Shown: positions 39,858 to 50,364 of the stretch, in pieces
Layout: every line of letters begins with the position of its first letter
How positions within the stretch are numbered: the first letter of the stretch is position 1
Assembly: GCA_963740315.1 (NCBI GenBank)
Contig: CAVUDP010000001.1
Coordinates: 704,001 to 768,000 of the forward strand
Reading direction: 5' to 3'
DNA from: an uncultured cyanobacterium
GTDB lineage: Bacteria; Cyanobacteriota; Cyanobacteriia; Cyanobacteriales; Nostocaceae
DNA: 64,000 bases
The notes under the pieces: generated by a model
The model's input: only the letters and a program-made list of their open reading frames with translations
Told to the model about the DNA's origin: nothing
Database searches by the model: none
Position numbers and translations under genes: made by a program

Positions 39858-40598
39858 TTACTCAGTGGGGATTTTTTCGACGTAAGCTTCGGCTTGCATG
39901 ATTAATTTTCCAGCTTCTACATCTAAACTTTTGACTGTTAAATCCATTCCTTCCAAATCAAAGTTGCTTAGATTTAATAATTCGCTGGTTTGATTTACTA
40001 ATGCTTGTGTTAATTCAGGCGAAGTTTCTTCTTTATTACCATAATCAACATTTTCTAAAGTTACAGTTTTACCATCACTACTTACACGGGGTACTGCGGA
40101 AAATGCAACTTTATGTGTTTCGCCTGATTCTTTTAATATTAAAGTGGCTTCTAACTCTACTTTGCCACCACCAGGTAAACGAAAATCTACTTTTCGAGGG
40201 ACAATACTTGTAGATTTTCCATTAATATTAATTTTCTGGCTCATTAACTGTTGCTGCACGTATTCAGAATAGAAAGCGCGATTAATATCTTCTTCTAATA
40301 AAACAACTCGCGTACTACCTTTAGCGGGTTTGGTAAGTTCAATTTTCCCAAAAGCTGCTTTCATAGGATTGATAGCCACATCATCAATGTGCATATCTAA
40401 TTCTTCCATACGAAGGTCTTTATTCATTACCAAACCGTCGCCATCAATATCAACCGATTCTACCTCACCCTGAACCGCACTTATAGCATCTGTTTTGATA
40501 TCAACGTCTAAATCTTCTACTTCATCCAACTGACTAGACATTCCGACTTCTGCGGCTTTATTGAGAGCTTCTTCGCCTAATCCTTTAGTTTCTGGCAT
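39858..40598 (-). CDS. DUF2993 / LmeA-family protein
   Basis: LGEEALNKAAE, GEVESV.I.G.GLVM, EEDINRAF. Confidence 0.85.
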   Translation of the reverse strand: MPETKGLGEEALNKAAEVGMSSQLDEVEDLDVDIKTDAISAVQGEVESVDIDGDGLVMNKDLRMEELDMHIDDVAINPMKAAFGKIELTKPAKGSTRVVLLEEDINRAFYSEYVQQQLMSQKININGKSTSIVPRKVDFRLPGGGKVELEATLILKESGETHKVAFSAVPRVSSDGKTVTLENVDYGNKEETSPELTQALVNQTSELLNLSNFDLEGMDLTVKSLDVEAGKLIMQAEAYVEKIPTE

Positions 40599-40818
40599 TA
40601 TTATGATACCTTCTCTAATCAAAGTTTCCTTAAGTCAATTTATGAGATTTATGACAAAAAGTTATCTCCCTAATGGGGTAAGGAAGGTTGTATATTTATC
40701 TGTCTAAAAGGATAAATTTGATTTTATAAGCATGAAAGCTGAAATCATATTTTGTTGGGTGTATATTATAGATGTATTTGATGATATTGAGTGTTTTTGA
40801 CAAAAAAATCAACAATTA

Positions 40819-40848
40819 AAACCCCTTCCCGGAAGTTGAGAAGGGGTT
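40819..40848 (-). terminator. Hairpin, probable terminator
   Basis: AACCCCTTC..GAAGGGGTT stem with a U-run on the minus strand. Confidence 0.55.
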
Positions 40849-40880
40849 AAAAATATATTGAGTTAATTCAGATGATTAGA

Positions 40881-41388
40881 CTATTGATAAATTTCTCGTA
40901 TTTCTTGTAAGGTATTTTTAGTTTTAATTCCAGTAAGAATTGCTCTTAACAGATTCACATCTTGTATTTGATAAATTTCTGGTAAAAGTTCTAAACTCTC
41001 TGCACCGAATTTAACTTCTAAAAGTGCTTCAATACCTTCAAGTATTCCTTCTTTTTTACCTTTTTGAATTCCCCTTTGCTCTACACTAGTTACATAAGGC
41101 ATTCTTTTGTTCTCCTCACCCAACGGTTACTTCATCCCAAAAACTAATTTCTAATTCTTCAGGTAATTTCATCACCCAATCGATAAAGTGAAATAGGTTG
41201 ATGATATCTTCTCTCTGATAACCTTTTTCGTAAAGTTGTTTCGTTAAATAAAGCTTCCATCGTTTGCGTACTTCGCTATCTTGACGGGTTTCCTTAGCCT
41301 TCAAATGCGCCATTACTACTGTAGCAAAGGGATTTGAACTGGTTTCTAATTGATTCCATTGTTCGGCGTAATCAAGTAATTTGACAAT
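40881..41388 (-). pseudogene. Rpn/DUF4351-like protein remnant, 5'-truncated and frameshifted
   Basis: IVKLLDYAEQWNQLETSSNPFATVVMAHL..FIDWVMKLP, frame change near 41120, then MPYVTSVE..LLEVKFG; the nuclease N-terminus is missing. Confidence 0.8.
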
Positions 41389-41498
41389 TCATTCGGATTA
41401 TATTAGCGAGCAAGATGCTCGCACTACGAATTTGAAAATTTGGGATGCTCCATAAATTTGGTTGTAATTCTAATCTTAATTACTTTTTAATTTTTTAA

Positions 41499-42278
41499 TT
41501 ATCTCAATCCCTTCTCTTTCAAAACCCCATCCACCCAAACTTTATTCTCTTCACTCAACTTAGGCACTGCTTCTTGGCTGTAATCTATCACTAAATCGTA
41601 ACTAGCTCTGTCATAAATACCGTTAATTAAATCTTGTAAATCAATAATAGGTTCTCGATCGCCCTCGCGCAAAGGTAAAGGAAATGTGGGAATAGTTTCT
41701 TTTAAATTAAATGCATATAAATCGGCTTTCGGACGCTTATAACTGCGACTAACTAATATGCGATAATCACTTTGAATATCATTATCCAACATTGCCATCG
41801 GTTCACCAGTACGTAACAAGTCAATTTCAATCAAATGCGTTGAACTTGTTAATACTCTGTTTCTTTTGATTTCGTATGCATTTCTTCCTTCTCCAGTACG
41901 TTTATTTTTAGGAGAAAGTACTTCAATTACTGCTACAACTTCTTTTGTTCCAACTTTTCGCACTTCTAAATATCTTTCTTTAACTGTTTGGGGGATAGGA
42001 AGCGTTACTGTTGATGGCTGAGTAGAAGTTGTTGCGATCGCAACTTCTGCTTGCGAATTAGTTGCTGTTTGCGATCGTTGTACTACGACATCAGGAATAC
42101 CAACTAGAATATCATCAGATGTAGTTTCATAGACTCGTTCTTCAATTGCTATAAAATATTTAGGACGTACTTGAGGTGATAAAACATCTGCTAAAAATAC
42201 AATGATACGTCCATGAATACCCGACCAAAATTCGGGGCTTTCTAAATATGGGTTCATTCCCGGAAATGGAGAAGACAT
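41499..42278 (-). CDS. DUF4058 family protein
   Basis: MSSPFPGMNPYLE, IPDV, IEVLSPKNK, HLIEIDLLR. Confidence 0.93.
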   Translation of the reverse strand: MSSPFPGMNPYLESPEFWSGIHGRIIVFLADVLSPQVRPKYFIAIEERVYETTSDDILVGIPDVVVQRSQTATNSQAEVAIATTSTQPSTVTLPIPQTVKERYLEVRKVGTKEVVAVIEVLSPKNKRTGEGRNAYEIKRNRVLTSSTHLIEIDLLRTGEPMAMLDNDIQSDYRILVSRSYKRPKADLYAFNLKETIPTFPLPLREGDREPIIDLQDLINGIYDRASYDLVIDYSQEAVPKLSEENKVWVDGVLKEKGLR

Positions 42279-42285
42279 AAGTAAT

Positions 42286-43071
42286 TTATCTTAATCCCTG
42301 TTCTTTCAAAATCCCATCCGCCCAAACTTTATTCTCTTCACTCAAACTCGGCACAGCTTCTTGATTATAATCAACTACCAAATCATAATCATATATCTCA
42401 TATACTTGATTCAATAGTTCCTGTAAATTAATAACAGGTTCCCTATCACCACTACGTAAAGGTAAACGAAAAGAAGGAATTACATTTTGTAAATTAAAAG
42501 CATATAAATCGGCAAAAGGACGTATATCGCCACGATAAACTAATATCCGATAGTGACTTTGAATATTGTTATCAACTATCGGCATTGGTTCGCCTTTTCG
42601 CAATAAATCAATTTCTACTAAATTTGTACGAGTTTCTAACACTCGTTCGCGTTTTTTTAAGTACTTATTTCTTCCTTTTCTCACACGCTTATTAGTAGGT
42701 GAAAGTATTTCAATTGTAGTTATTAACGCCTCTGTACCTACTTCTCTAACTTCTAAATAACCTTCTTTAATTGTTAAAGGTACTGGAATTCTAACTCTTA
42801 CGGGTTCGGTAGATGGTTCGGCAACTGCTACATTAGTTGTTGTTGAATCATTTGCTGTCTGCCGACTTTTTATAGTTACATCAGGAATACCAACTTGTAA
42901 CGAGTTTTCATCCGTGGTTTCATATGTTCTAACTTCAACTGCAACCCGGTATTTAGGGCGTAATTGAGGTGATAAAAATCTCGCAATTTCACTAATTAAT
43001 AAGTGATGCAATCCTGGAAATAGTTCGGGATGTTCTAAATATGGATTCATTCCCGGAAATGGAGAAGACAT
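42286..43071 (-). CDS. DUF4058 family protein
   Basis: Start MSSPFPGMNPYLE at 43071; IEILSPTNK, VEIDLLR. Confidence 0.93.
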   Translation of the reverse strand: MSSPFPGMNPYLEHPELFPGLHHLLISEIARFLSPQLRPKYRVAVEVRTYETTDENSLQVGIPDVTIKSRQTANDSTTTNVAVAEPSTEPVRVRIPVPLTIKEGYLEVREVGTEALITTIEILSPTNKRVRKGRNKYLKKRERVLETRTNLVEIDLLRKGEPMPIVDNNIQSHYRILVYRGDIRPFADLYAFNLQNVIPSFRLPLRSGDREPVINLQELLNQVYEIYDYDLVVDYNQEAVPSLSEENKVWADGILKEQGLR

Positions 43072-43097
43072 TTTTCTATTCCTACATTTAAAATCTT

Positions 43098-43879
43098 TTA
43101 TCTCAATCCCTGTTCTTTCAAAACCCCATCCACCCAAACTTTATTCTCTTCACTCAAAGCTGGAATAGGTTCTTGACTATAATCTATAACTAAATCGTAA
43201 CTTGCTCTTTCGTAAATACCATTAATTCTTGTAAATCTACAACAGGTTCTTTATCTCCTTCGCGCAAAGGTAAAGGAAATTTAGGGATAGTTTGTTTTAA
43301 ATTAAATGGATATAAATCGGCTAAGGGACGTTGTTCAAAACGACTAACTAAAATACTATAATCGCTTTGAATATGATTATCTAAAATATCCATCAATCTG
43401 CCATCTCGCAGCAAATCAATTTCAATTAAGTGCGTTGAACTTCCTAACACTTGTAAGCGTTGTTTATCATAAATAGTACGCCCTTCACCGGAACGTTTAT
43501 TTTTAGGAGAAAGCACTTCAATTACAGTTACAACTTCTTTTGTATTTACGTCTCGTACTTCTAAATAACTTTCTCTAACTGTTTCCGGCATGGGAAGTTT
43601 AACTGTTATTGGCTCAACAGCCAGAGCAGCAACAGCAACGTTTCCTGTCTCGGATTTACTTTCGGTTTGAGTTTTTTGTACTGCAACATCAGGAATACCT
43701 ACTAAAAGTGAATCTTCACCATTTGCTCTATATACTCTTTGTTCGATCGCAACACGATATTTTGGACGTACTTGCGGATTTAGCGCATCAAATATAGCAA
43801 CTATTAACAAACTATGAATTTCACGCCACAATGCAGGGCTTTCTAAATAAGGATTCATTCCCGGAAATGGATGTGACAT
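43098..43879 (-). pseudogene. DUF4058 family protein with 3' frameshift
   Basis: The frame breaks after DLQEL (about 43222). The paralogous tail GIYERASYDLVIDYSQE..LSEENKVWVDGVLKEQGLR* continues in another frame to 43098, consistent with a 4-nt loss. Confidence 0.8.
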
Positions 43880-44044
43880 TTTTTAACCTCTCTAAAAAAA
43901 ATCTTCCTCTGCGCTCTCTGCGGTTTAATAATCCTTACTTTTAATAATAGATAAAAACAAATATTATTTCGATAGGAGGTTGGTTATGTTACCAAAATCC
44001 TGATGAGACGTAGCAGTGCTACGTCTCTACATTATTAATTGGTT

Positions 44045-45553
44045 CTATTTCATATCGTAGCCAAATAAATTAACGTCAACTTCTCCTAATTTCAAATCAT
44101 CTAAACCGTATTCAGCCCATCTCCTTTCAACCATCGCGGCTACTTCGTCATCGGATTCTAATGGCGCACCCCATTCGTGTTCGGTTTCTGGCGGCATTTT
44201 AGTGGTTGCGTCAATTCCCATTCTTCCCCCCAAGCCCAACTTCTCGCTGGCAAAGTCTAAGGTGTCAAATGGCGTATCTGGCAAAATAAACACGTCTCGC
44301 GTGGGATCTACTTTGGAGCTTATTGCCCATACAACTTGACGCGGATCGCGAATGTTTATATCTTTATCTACTACAATTACGAATTTGGTATAGGTAAATT
44401 GCGGTAAAGCGCTCCAAAATGCTAAAGCTGCCCTTCGCGCTTGTCCGGGATATGCTTTATCTATAGATATTATCGCCGCTTTGTAACTTAAGGCTTCCAT
44501 TGGTAGGAAGAAATCGACGATTTCCGAAACCTGCTGTCGGAGAATTGGGGTGTAAATTCGGTTGAGTGCGATCGCCATCATGGCTTCTTCTTTAGGTGGA
44601 CGACCGCTAAATGTAGTTAAATACACTGGATCTTTGCGGTGTGTCACGCATTGGAAGCGCACTAAAGGCGAATCTTCAACGCCGCCGTAATAGCCCATAT
44701 GGTCGCCAAATGGCCCATCCGGAAGTACTTCCCCTGGGGTAATGGTTCCTTCTAAAACAAATTCGGAGTCTGCGGGTACTTCTAAATCAACGGTTTTGCA
44801 TTTCGCTAAACTGACACCAGAACCACCGTATAAACCCGCAAACAGCCACTCGGATAAATCTACTGGAATTGGTGTTGCTGCCGCCATGATAATTAACGGA
44901 TCGACACCTAAAGCAATTGCTACCTCTAACTTTTTACCATTCTCAGCAGCTTTGCGTAAATGTCTTGCTCCACCGCGCACTGATAGCCAATGTACGGTCA
45001 TGGTATTGTTAGATTGCAGTTGTAAGCGATACACGCCGACGTTTGGCGTGCCGGTTTCGCAATCTTTAGTAATTACTAAACCTAAAGTAATAATTTTGCC
45101 TGCGTCACCGGAATAAGGGCGAATCAAAGGTAATTTATTTAAATCTAAATTATCGCCTTGCACCACAACTTGTTGACAAGCAGGGAAAAAATCTCTTCCC
45201 GGTTTTGCTTTCACAACATCAAATAAAACCTTACCAAAATCAACTGCTTGAGAAATCTTTTTCGGTGGCTTTGGCTGCTGCAACATCGCCAACTTTTTCC
45301 CCAGAGTTTCCAATTCCTGGGGATGTTCCATATTCATAGCCCAACAAATCCTTTGCACGGTGCCCATTAAGTTCACCGCTACAGGAAAATCAGCACCTTT
45401 GACATTTTCAAAAATCAAACCGGGGCCACCTTTTTGCAGCATCCGATTAGAAATTTCCGCAATTTCCAACTCAGGATCGACTAAAGCAGTAATACGCTTT
45501 AACTGTCCCCTTTCTTCCAAAATTTTGATAAATCCCCGTAAGTCTCTCGCCAT
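44045..45553 (-). CDS. ubiD: UbiD family decarboxylase (4-hydroxy-3-solanesylbenzoate decarboxylase type)
   Basis: DLRGFI, NVGVYRLQ, GPFGDHMGYY, GRPPKEE, GIDATTK. Confidence 0.95.
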   Translation of the reverse strand: MARDLRGFIKILEERGQLKRITALVDPELEIAEISNRMLQKGGPGLIFENVKGADFPVAVNLMGTVQRICWAMNMEHPQELETLGKKLAMLQQPKPPKKISQAVDFGKVLFDVVKAKPGRDFFPACQQVVVQGDNLDLNKLPLIRPYSGDAGKIITLGLVITKDCETGTPNVGVYRLQLQSNNTMTVHWLSVRGGARHLRKAAENGKKLEVAIALGVDPLIIMAAATPIPVDLSEWLFAGLYGGSGVSLAKCKTVDLEVPADSEFVLEGTITPGEVLPDGPFGDHMGYYGGVEDSPLVRFQCVTHRKDPVYLTTFSGRPPKEEAMMAIALNRIYTPILRQQVSEIVDFFLPMEALSYKAAIISIDKAYPGQARRAALAFWSALPQFTYTKFVIVVDKDINIRDPRQVVWAISSKVDPTRDVFILPDTPFDTLDFASEKLGLGGRMGIDATTKMPPETEHEWGAPLESDDEVAAMVERRWAEYGLDDLKLGEVDVNLFGYDMK

Positions 45554-45702
45554 TGTATATAAAGATATTTGAAGCGTTATTTATATTATCAACTAAGAAT
45601 GGGTAATGGGTAATGGGTAATTGGTAATTGGTAATGGGTGATGTTATTTTTTGGTTTATTTTGGGAATTATAGAGATGTTGTTGTAATTTTAAGAATATA
45701 TT

Positions 45703-46068
45703 TTGGCAAAACCTGATTTTGAGAATTTAATAGTTTATCAGTTAGCTGAGAAGTTGGCTAATGAAATTTGGAATATTATTCAAAAGTGGAATTATTTTGA
45801 AAAAGACACAGTTGGTAAACAAATAGTTCGTTCGGCTGATAGCGTTTGTGCGAATATTGCAGAAGGGAGAGGGCGTTTTCATTATCAAGATAATCGTCGC
45901 TTTGTAAGAATCGCGAGAGGCTCTTTATATGAAACTATCTGTTTTTTAAGATTAGCTTATCTCAGAAAACTGTTAACTAAAAAACAATCATTAAAACTTA
46001 AACCAATAATCGATGAACTATCACCCAAACTAAATGCTTACTTAAATTCAATAGGTAATAGTAAATAG
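45703..46068 (+). CDS. Four-helix-bundle protein (23S rRNA IVP / Avd-like family)
   Basis: FENLIVYQ, QIVRSADSVCANIAEG, IARGSLYET. Confidence 0.9.
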   Translation: MAKPDFENLIVYQLAEKLANEIWNIIQKWNYFEKDTVGKQIVRSADSVCANIAEGRGRFHYQDNRRFVRIARGSLYETICFLRLAYLRKLLTKKQSLKLKPIIDELSPKLNAYLNSIGNSK

Positions 46069-46229
46069 CTTTATTACCCACTACCAACTACCAACTACCC
46101 ATAATATACCTCAGATATCAAATTTTTAAATTTTCCTCCTGGATGTGGTGGTAGCAAAATTAAAAAGCCAAAATAGAATATATAGGCTCAATGACGGAAG
46201 CCTAACATTCTACATGGAGCGTGCTATCA

Positions 46230-49226
46230 GTGGTATTACAGGTTGAAAAAGACATCTACGAAGCGAAAACTCAGGAAATCGCGAAGCAGCTATTAAGCGC
46301 AACTGGCGAAAATCGTTCTTTATTCTCGGCTTTGCGCGATCAAATGCGCCCAGATGATAAGTTATTAGCATGGGCGATGAGCAATCCTGGTTTGCGGGTG
46401 CAGTTATTTAGATTTATCGATACTCTCCCCGCTTTGAGGAGTAACCCAGAAATTGCCGCGCATTTACAGGAATATCTCGGCGATGAGTCGGTAGAATTGC
46501 CTGCGGCGTTGAAGGGGATGTTAAACTTTGCAAATCCCGATTCTGTACCGGGGAAAGTTGCTGCGACAACGGTTTCTAAAAGTGTGGAAACTTTAGCTCA
46601 TCGATATATAGCTGGCGAAAATATCAAGCAAGCTTTAAAAAGTATCGAAAGACTGCGTAAAGATAAGATGGCTTTCACCGTGGATTTATTGGGTGAAGCG
46701 GTGATTACGGAAGTTGAAGCGCAGTTTTATTTACAGCGATATACGGATTTAATGGCAGAATTAGCGGCAGCTTCCAAAAGTTGGAAGAATGTGGCGTTAA
46801 TTGATGAAGCTGATGGGGAAGCGTTACCGAAGGTACAGGTTTCGGTAAAGTTGACGGCTTTTTATTCGCAATTCGATCCTTTAGATGATAAAGGTAGTGA
46901 AGAGAAGGTGGTTTCTCACATTCGTACTTTGTTGCATCGTGCGAAAGAGTTGGGTGTTGCCATCCACTTCGATATGGAGCAGTATATTTACAAGGATCTT
47001 ACCTTTAATATTCTGAAAAAGCTGTTGATGGAGGAAGAGTTTAAACAGCGCACAGATATTGGGATAACGATTCAAGCTTATTTGAGAGATAGCGAAGAAG
47101 ATGCAACTCGTTTGATTGAATGGGCGAAACAGCGCGGCAATCCAATTACAATTCGCTTAGTAAAAGGCGCATATTGGGATCAAGAAACCATTACAGCAGA
47201 GCAAAAACATTGGAAACAGCCAGTTTACAACGATAAAGCCGCGACAGATATTAACTTTGAGAAAATCACTCAATTATTGCTAGAAAATCATCAATATATA
47301 TATGCTGCCATAGGAAGTCATAATGTACGATCGCAAGCAAAAGCGATCGCAATTGCTCAAAGTTTGAATATTCCCCAGCGCAATTTTGAAATGCAGGTGC
47401 TTTACGGCATGGGGGATAAAATTGCGAAGGCTTTGGTTGAGCAAGGTTATCGCGTGCGGGTTTATTGCCCTTATGGCGAGCTATTACCGGGAATGTCCTA
47501 TTTAATCCGGCGTTTGTTGGAGAATACCGCCAATTCTTCCTTTATTCGGCAGGATATGGAAAATCGTCCCGTTGAAGAGTTGATTTCACCTCCGGTTGTA
47601 GAAGATAAACAAGAAACTTCTTCCCCCCCATCCCCCCCTCTCCCCCTCTCCCCCTCCTCCTTCCATCCTGCTGCCGATAGCGATTATGCAATGGAAGAAT
47701 TAAGAACAAAATCTCAAGCTGCTTTTGAAACCGTTAAAAAGGAGCTTGGGAAAACTTATTTACCTTTGATTAATGGGGAATACGTAGAAACTGACGAGAA
47801 AGTTGATTCGGTTAATCCTTCTAATTATTCCCAGGTGGTAGGTAAAGTTGGTTTAATTAATGTCGAGCAAGCTGAAACTGCGATGCAAGCGGCGAAAACG
47901 GCGTTTAAAACTTGGAAGAAAACCTCTGCAAAACAACGCGCTGACATCATCCGTAAAGCTGGCGATATCATGGAGCAACGCCGCGCTGAATTATCGGCTT
48001 GGATTGTTTTAGAAGTTGGTAAACCAGTAAGGGAAGCGGATGCAGAAGTAAGTGAAGCAATTGATTTTTGTCACTATTATGCTGCGGAAATGGAGCGGTT
48101 AGACGAAGGTTACAATTACGACGTAGCCGGGGAAAATAATCGTTATATTTACCAGCCTCGCGGAATTGCCGTAGTTATTTCACCTTGGAACTTTCCCTTT
48201 GCGATCGCAACTGGTATGACTGTCGCTGCTTTGGTAACTGGCAACTGCACTTTACTCAAACCTGCGGAAACTTCTGCGGTAATTGCAGCGAAAATAACCG
48301 AAGTTTTGGTAGATGCGGGAATACCAAAGGGTGTGTTTCAATATGTCCCCGGAAAAGGTTCTGTTGTCGGCGCTTATTTGGTCGATCACATCGAAACTCA
48401 CGTTATAGCTTTTACTGGCTCTCAAGAAGTAGGCTGTAAGATTTACGCAGATGCGGCAGTTTTAAAACCCGGTCAAAAGCATATGAAACGGGTAATTGCC
48501 GAGATGGGAGGCAAAAATGGGATAATCGTTGATGAAAGTGCAGATTTAGACCAAGCCGTTGTCGGTGTGGTGCAGTCAGCATTCGGTTACAGCGGACAAA
48601 AATGCTCGGCTTGCTCTAGGGTAATCGTTGTAGAAAGCGTTTACGATACTTTTATCAACCGTTTTGTAGAAGCAACAAAATCCCTTAATATTGGAGAAAC
48701 AGAACTACCACAAACTCAAGTAGGACCTGTAATTGATGAAAAATCTCAATCCAGAATCCGCGAGTATATCGAAAAAGGGAAAGCAGAAGCCGAAGTTGCA
48801 TTAGAAATGTCTGCACCAGAAAACGGATATTTTGTTGGTCCGGTAATCTTTAGTAATGTTCCAGCAGATGGGATAATTGCACAAGAGGAAATTTTTGGTC
48901 CTGTAGTTGCAGTAATTAAGGTAAAAGATTTTGCTGTTGCTTTGCAAGTTGCCAACGGTACCAACTACGCTTTAACCGGGGGACTTTATTCTCGAACACC
49001 TTCCCATATCGCACAAGCTCAAGAAGAATTTGAAGTTGGAAACTTGTACATAAATCGTACCATCACCGGCGCGATCGTTTCCCGTCAACCCTTCGGTGGC
49101 TTCAAACTTTCCGGAGTCGGTTCAAAAGCAGGAGGTCCCGATTATCTACTACAATTTTTAGAACCCCGTACTATCACCGAAAACATACAGCGTCAAGGTT
49201 TCGCGCCAATTGAAGGAGCGGATTGA
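46230..49226 (+). CDS. putA: Bifunctional proline dehydrogenase / P5C dehydrogenase
   Basis: DLLGE, RLVKGAYW, YLIRRLLEN; PWNFP, FTGS, EMGGKN, GQKCSA, EEIFGP. GTG 46230 fits the GGAG spacing better than 46221. Confidence 0.96.
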   Translation: MVLQVEKDIYEAKTQEIAKQLLSATGENRSLFSALRDQMRPDDKLLAWAMSNPGLRVQLFRFIDTLPALRSNPEIAAHLQEYLGDESVELPAALKGMLNFANPDSVPGKVAATTVSKSVETLAHRYIAGENIKQALKSIERLRKDKMAFTVDLLGEAVITEVEAQFYLQRYTDLMAELAAASKSWKNVALIDEADGEALPKVQVSVKLTAFYSQFDPLDDKGSEEKVVSHIRTLLHRAKELGVAIHFDMEQYIYKDLTFNILKKLLMEEEFKQRTDIGITIQAYLRDSEEDATRLIEWAKQRGNPITIRLVKGAYWDQETITAEQKHWKQPVYNDKAATDINFEKITQLLLENHQYIYAAIGSHNVRSQAKAIAIAQSLNIPQRNFEMQVLYGMGDKIAKALVEQGYRVRVYCPYGELLPGMSYLIRRLLENTANSSFIRQDMENRPVEELISPPVVEDKQETSSPPSPPLPLSPSSFHPAADSDYAMEELRTKSQAAFETVKKELGKTYLPLINGEYVETDEKVDSVNPSNYSQVVGKVGLINVEQAETAMQAAKTAFKTWKKTSAKQRADIIRKAGDIMEQRRAELSAWIVLEVGKPVREADAEVSEAIDFCHYYAAEMERLDEGYNYDVAGENNRYIYQPRGIAVVISPWNFPFAIATGMTVAALVTGNCTLLKPAETSAVIAAKITEVLVDAGIPKGVFQYVPGKGSVVGAYLVDHIETHVIAFTGSQEVGCKIYADAAVLKPGQKHMKRVIAEMGGKNGIIVDESADLDQAVVGVVQSAFGYSGQKCSACSRVIVVESVYDTFINRFVEATKSLNIGETELPQTQVGPVIDEKSQSRIREYIEKGKAEAEVALEMSAPENGYFVGPVIFSNVPADGIIAQEEIFGPVVAVIKVKDFAVALQVANGTNYALTGGLYSRTPSHIAQAQEEFEVGNLYINRTITGAIVSRQPFGGFKLSGVGSKAGGPDYLLQFLEPRTITENIQRQGFAPIEGAD

Positions 49227-49440
49227 TGTAGAGGGGGGGATGGGGGGATGGGGAGATGGGGGAGAGCTCTTGAGGCAGATGAGGCAGATGAGGCAGATGA
49301 GGCAGATGAGGCAATTAATTTTTTTTTACAAGAAAACTAATTATTTATTTTCTTCCTCCGCTTCCTCCGCTCCCGGAGCTTCCTCCGCTTTCTTAACTCC
49401 TCACTCCTAACTCCTAACTTTCCTCCCCTCTCCCCCTCTT
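49227..49440. repeat. STRR arrays in inverted arrangement (GAGGCAGAT x4-5 etc.)
   Basis: Purine-rich nonamers on the left, pyrimidine-rich near-complements on the right. Confidence 0.8.
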
Positions 49441-49634
49441 TTTCTACAGTTAAGAAGTTAATTAAAAATAGTATAATTACTGATTGTTTTTCATAAAGTG
49501 TTAAATTATTATCTGATTGTATTTCCGTGTTTTGCAGGGTAAATACAGACGAATAAAAGTATATATTATGATTCTTTAGCGGTTAGCGTTGTTAATCGCG
49601 TAAGTCATATAGTAGTAACATTAAAAAATTAAAT

Positions 49635-50297
49635 ATGCAAAGTGAAATTCGCTATAAGCCAGCTTTTGCGGCTATTTTTGTGACGTTGAAACCTGGGGAT
49701 GCCATTATTGCTGAAGCTGGTGCGATGACTAGTATGGATGCTCAATTATCGATGACTACTGAGTTTTCGGGGGGTTTTTTCTCTGCTTTACTCAAAAAGT
49801 TTTTTGGTAATGAGTCGTTATTTGTGAATAAATTTGTTAATAACACTAATAAACCTCTGCAATTAGTACTCAGTCAAGCGGTAATTGGTGATATAGAACA
49901 AATTAATCTTGATAACCAAGAAATCTATTTACAAGCAGGTGCTTATATTGCATCGACTCCCGATGTCAAAATAGGAGTCAGATGGGCAGGATTTAGCAGT
50001 CTGATAGCTGGGGAAGGATTATTCAAGCTGAAGTTGAGCGGAAGAGGGCAAGCTTGGTTTGGTGACTATGGTGGTATTTCTAAGAAAATGGTGAATGGTG
50101 ATTTTGTAGTTGATAACAACCATTTAATCGCTTATGAAGCTGGACTTAGTATGAAGATTAAGCTTTCAGGAGGCTTATTAAGTTCTCTAACTTCAGGAGA
50201 AGGATTAGTTAATCAACTTTCTGGTAAAGGAACAGTTTATCTTCAGTCTCGCAGCATTAATGGTTTAGTTAGTTACTTAAAACCCAAAATAAAATAG
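49635..50297 (+). CDS. TIGR00266 / AIM24 family protein
   Basis: AEAGAM, ESLF, VVDNNHLIAY, GEGLV, YLQSR. Confidence 0.92.
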   Translation: MQSEIRYKPAFAAIFVTLKPGDAIIAEAGAMTSMDAQLSMTTEFSGGFFSALLKKFFGNESLFVNKFVNNTNKPLQLVLSQAVIGDIEQINLDNQEIYLQAGAYIASTPDVKIGVRWAGFSSLIAGEGLFKLKLSGRGQAWFGDYGGISKKMVNGDFVVDNNHLIAYEAGLSMKIKLSGGLLSSLTSGEGLVNQLSGKGTVYLQSRSINGLVSYLKPKIK

Positions 50298-50364
50298 TTC
50301 GATCGCTAATAATACGGCACATACAGGGAATTTTTATCCTTTAACAATTATTAATCAGAAACCA

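Noticed and set aside
45703..46068. Diversity-generating retroelement suggested by the Avd-like gene
   Set aside because: No reverse transcriptase and no TR/VR pair with adenine-specific differences seen in the window.
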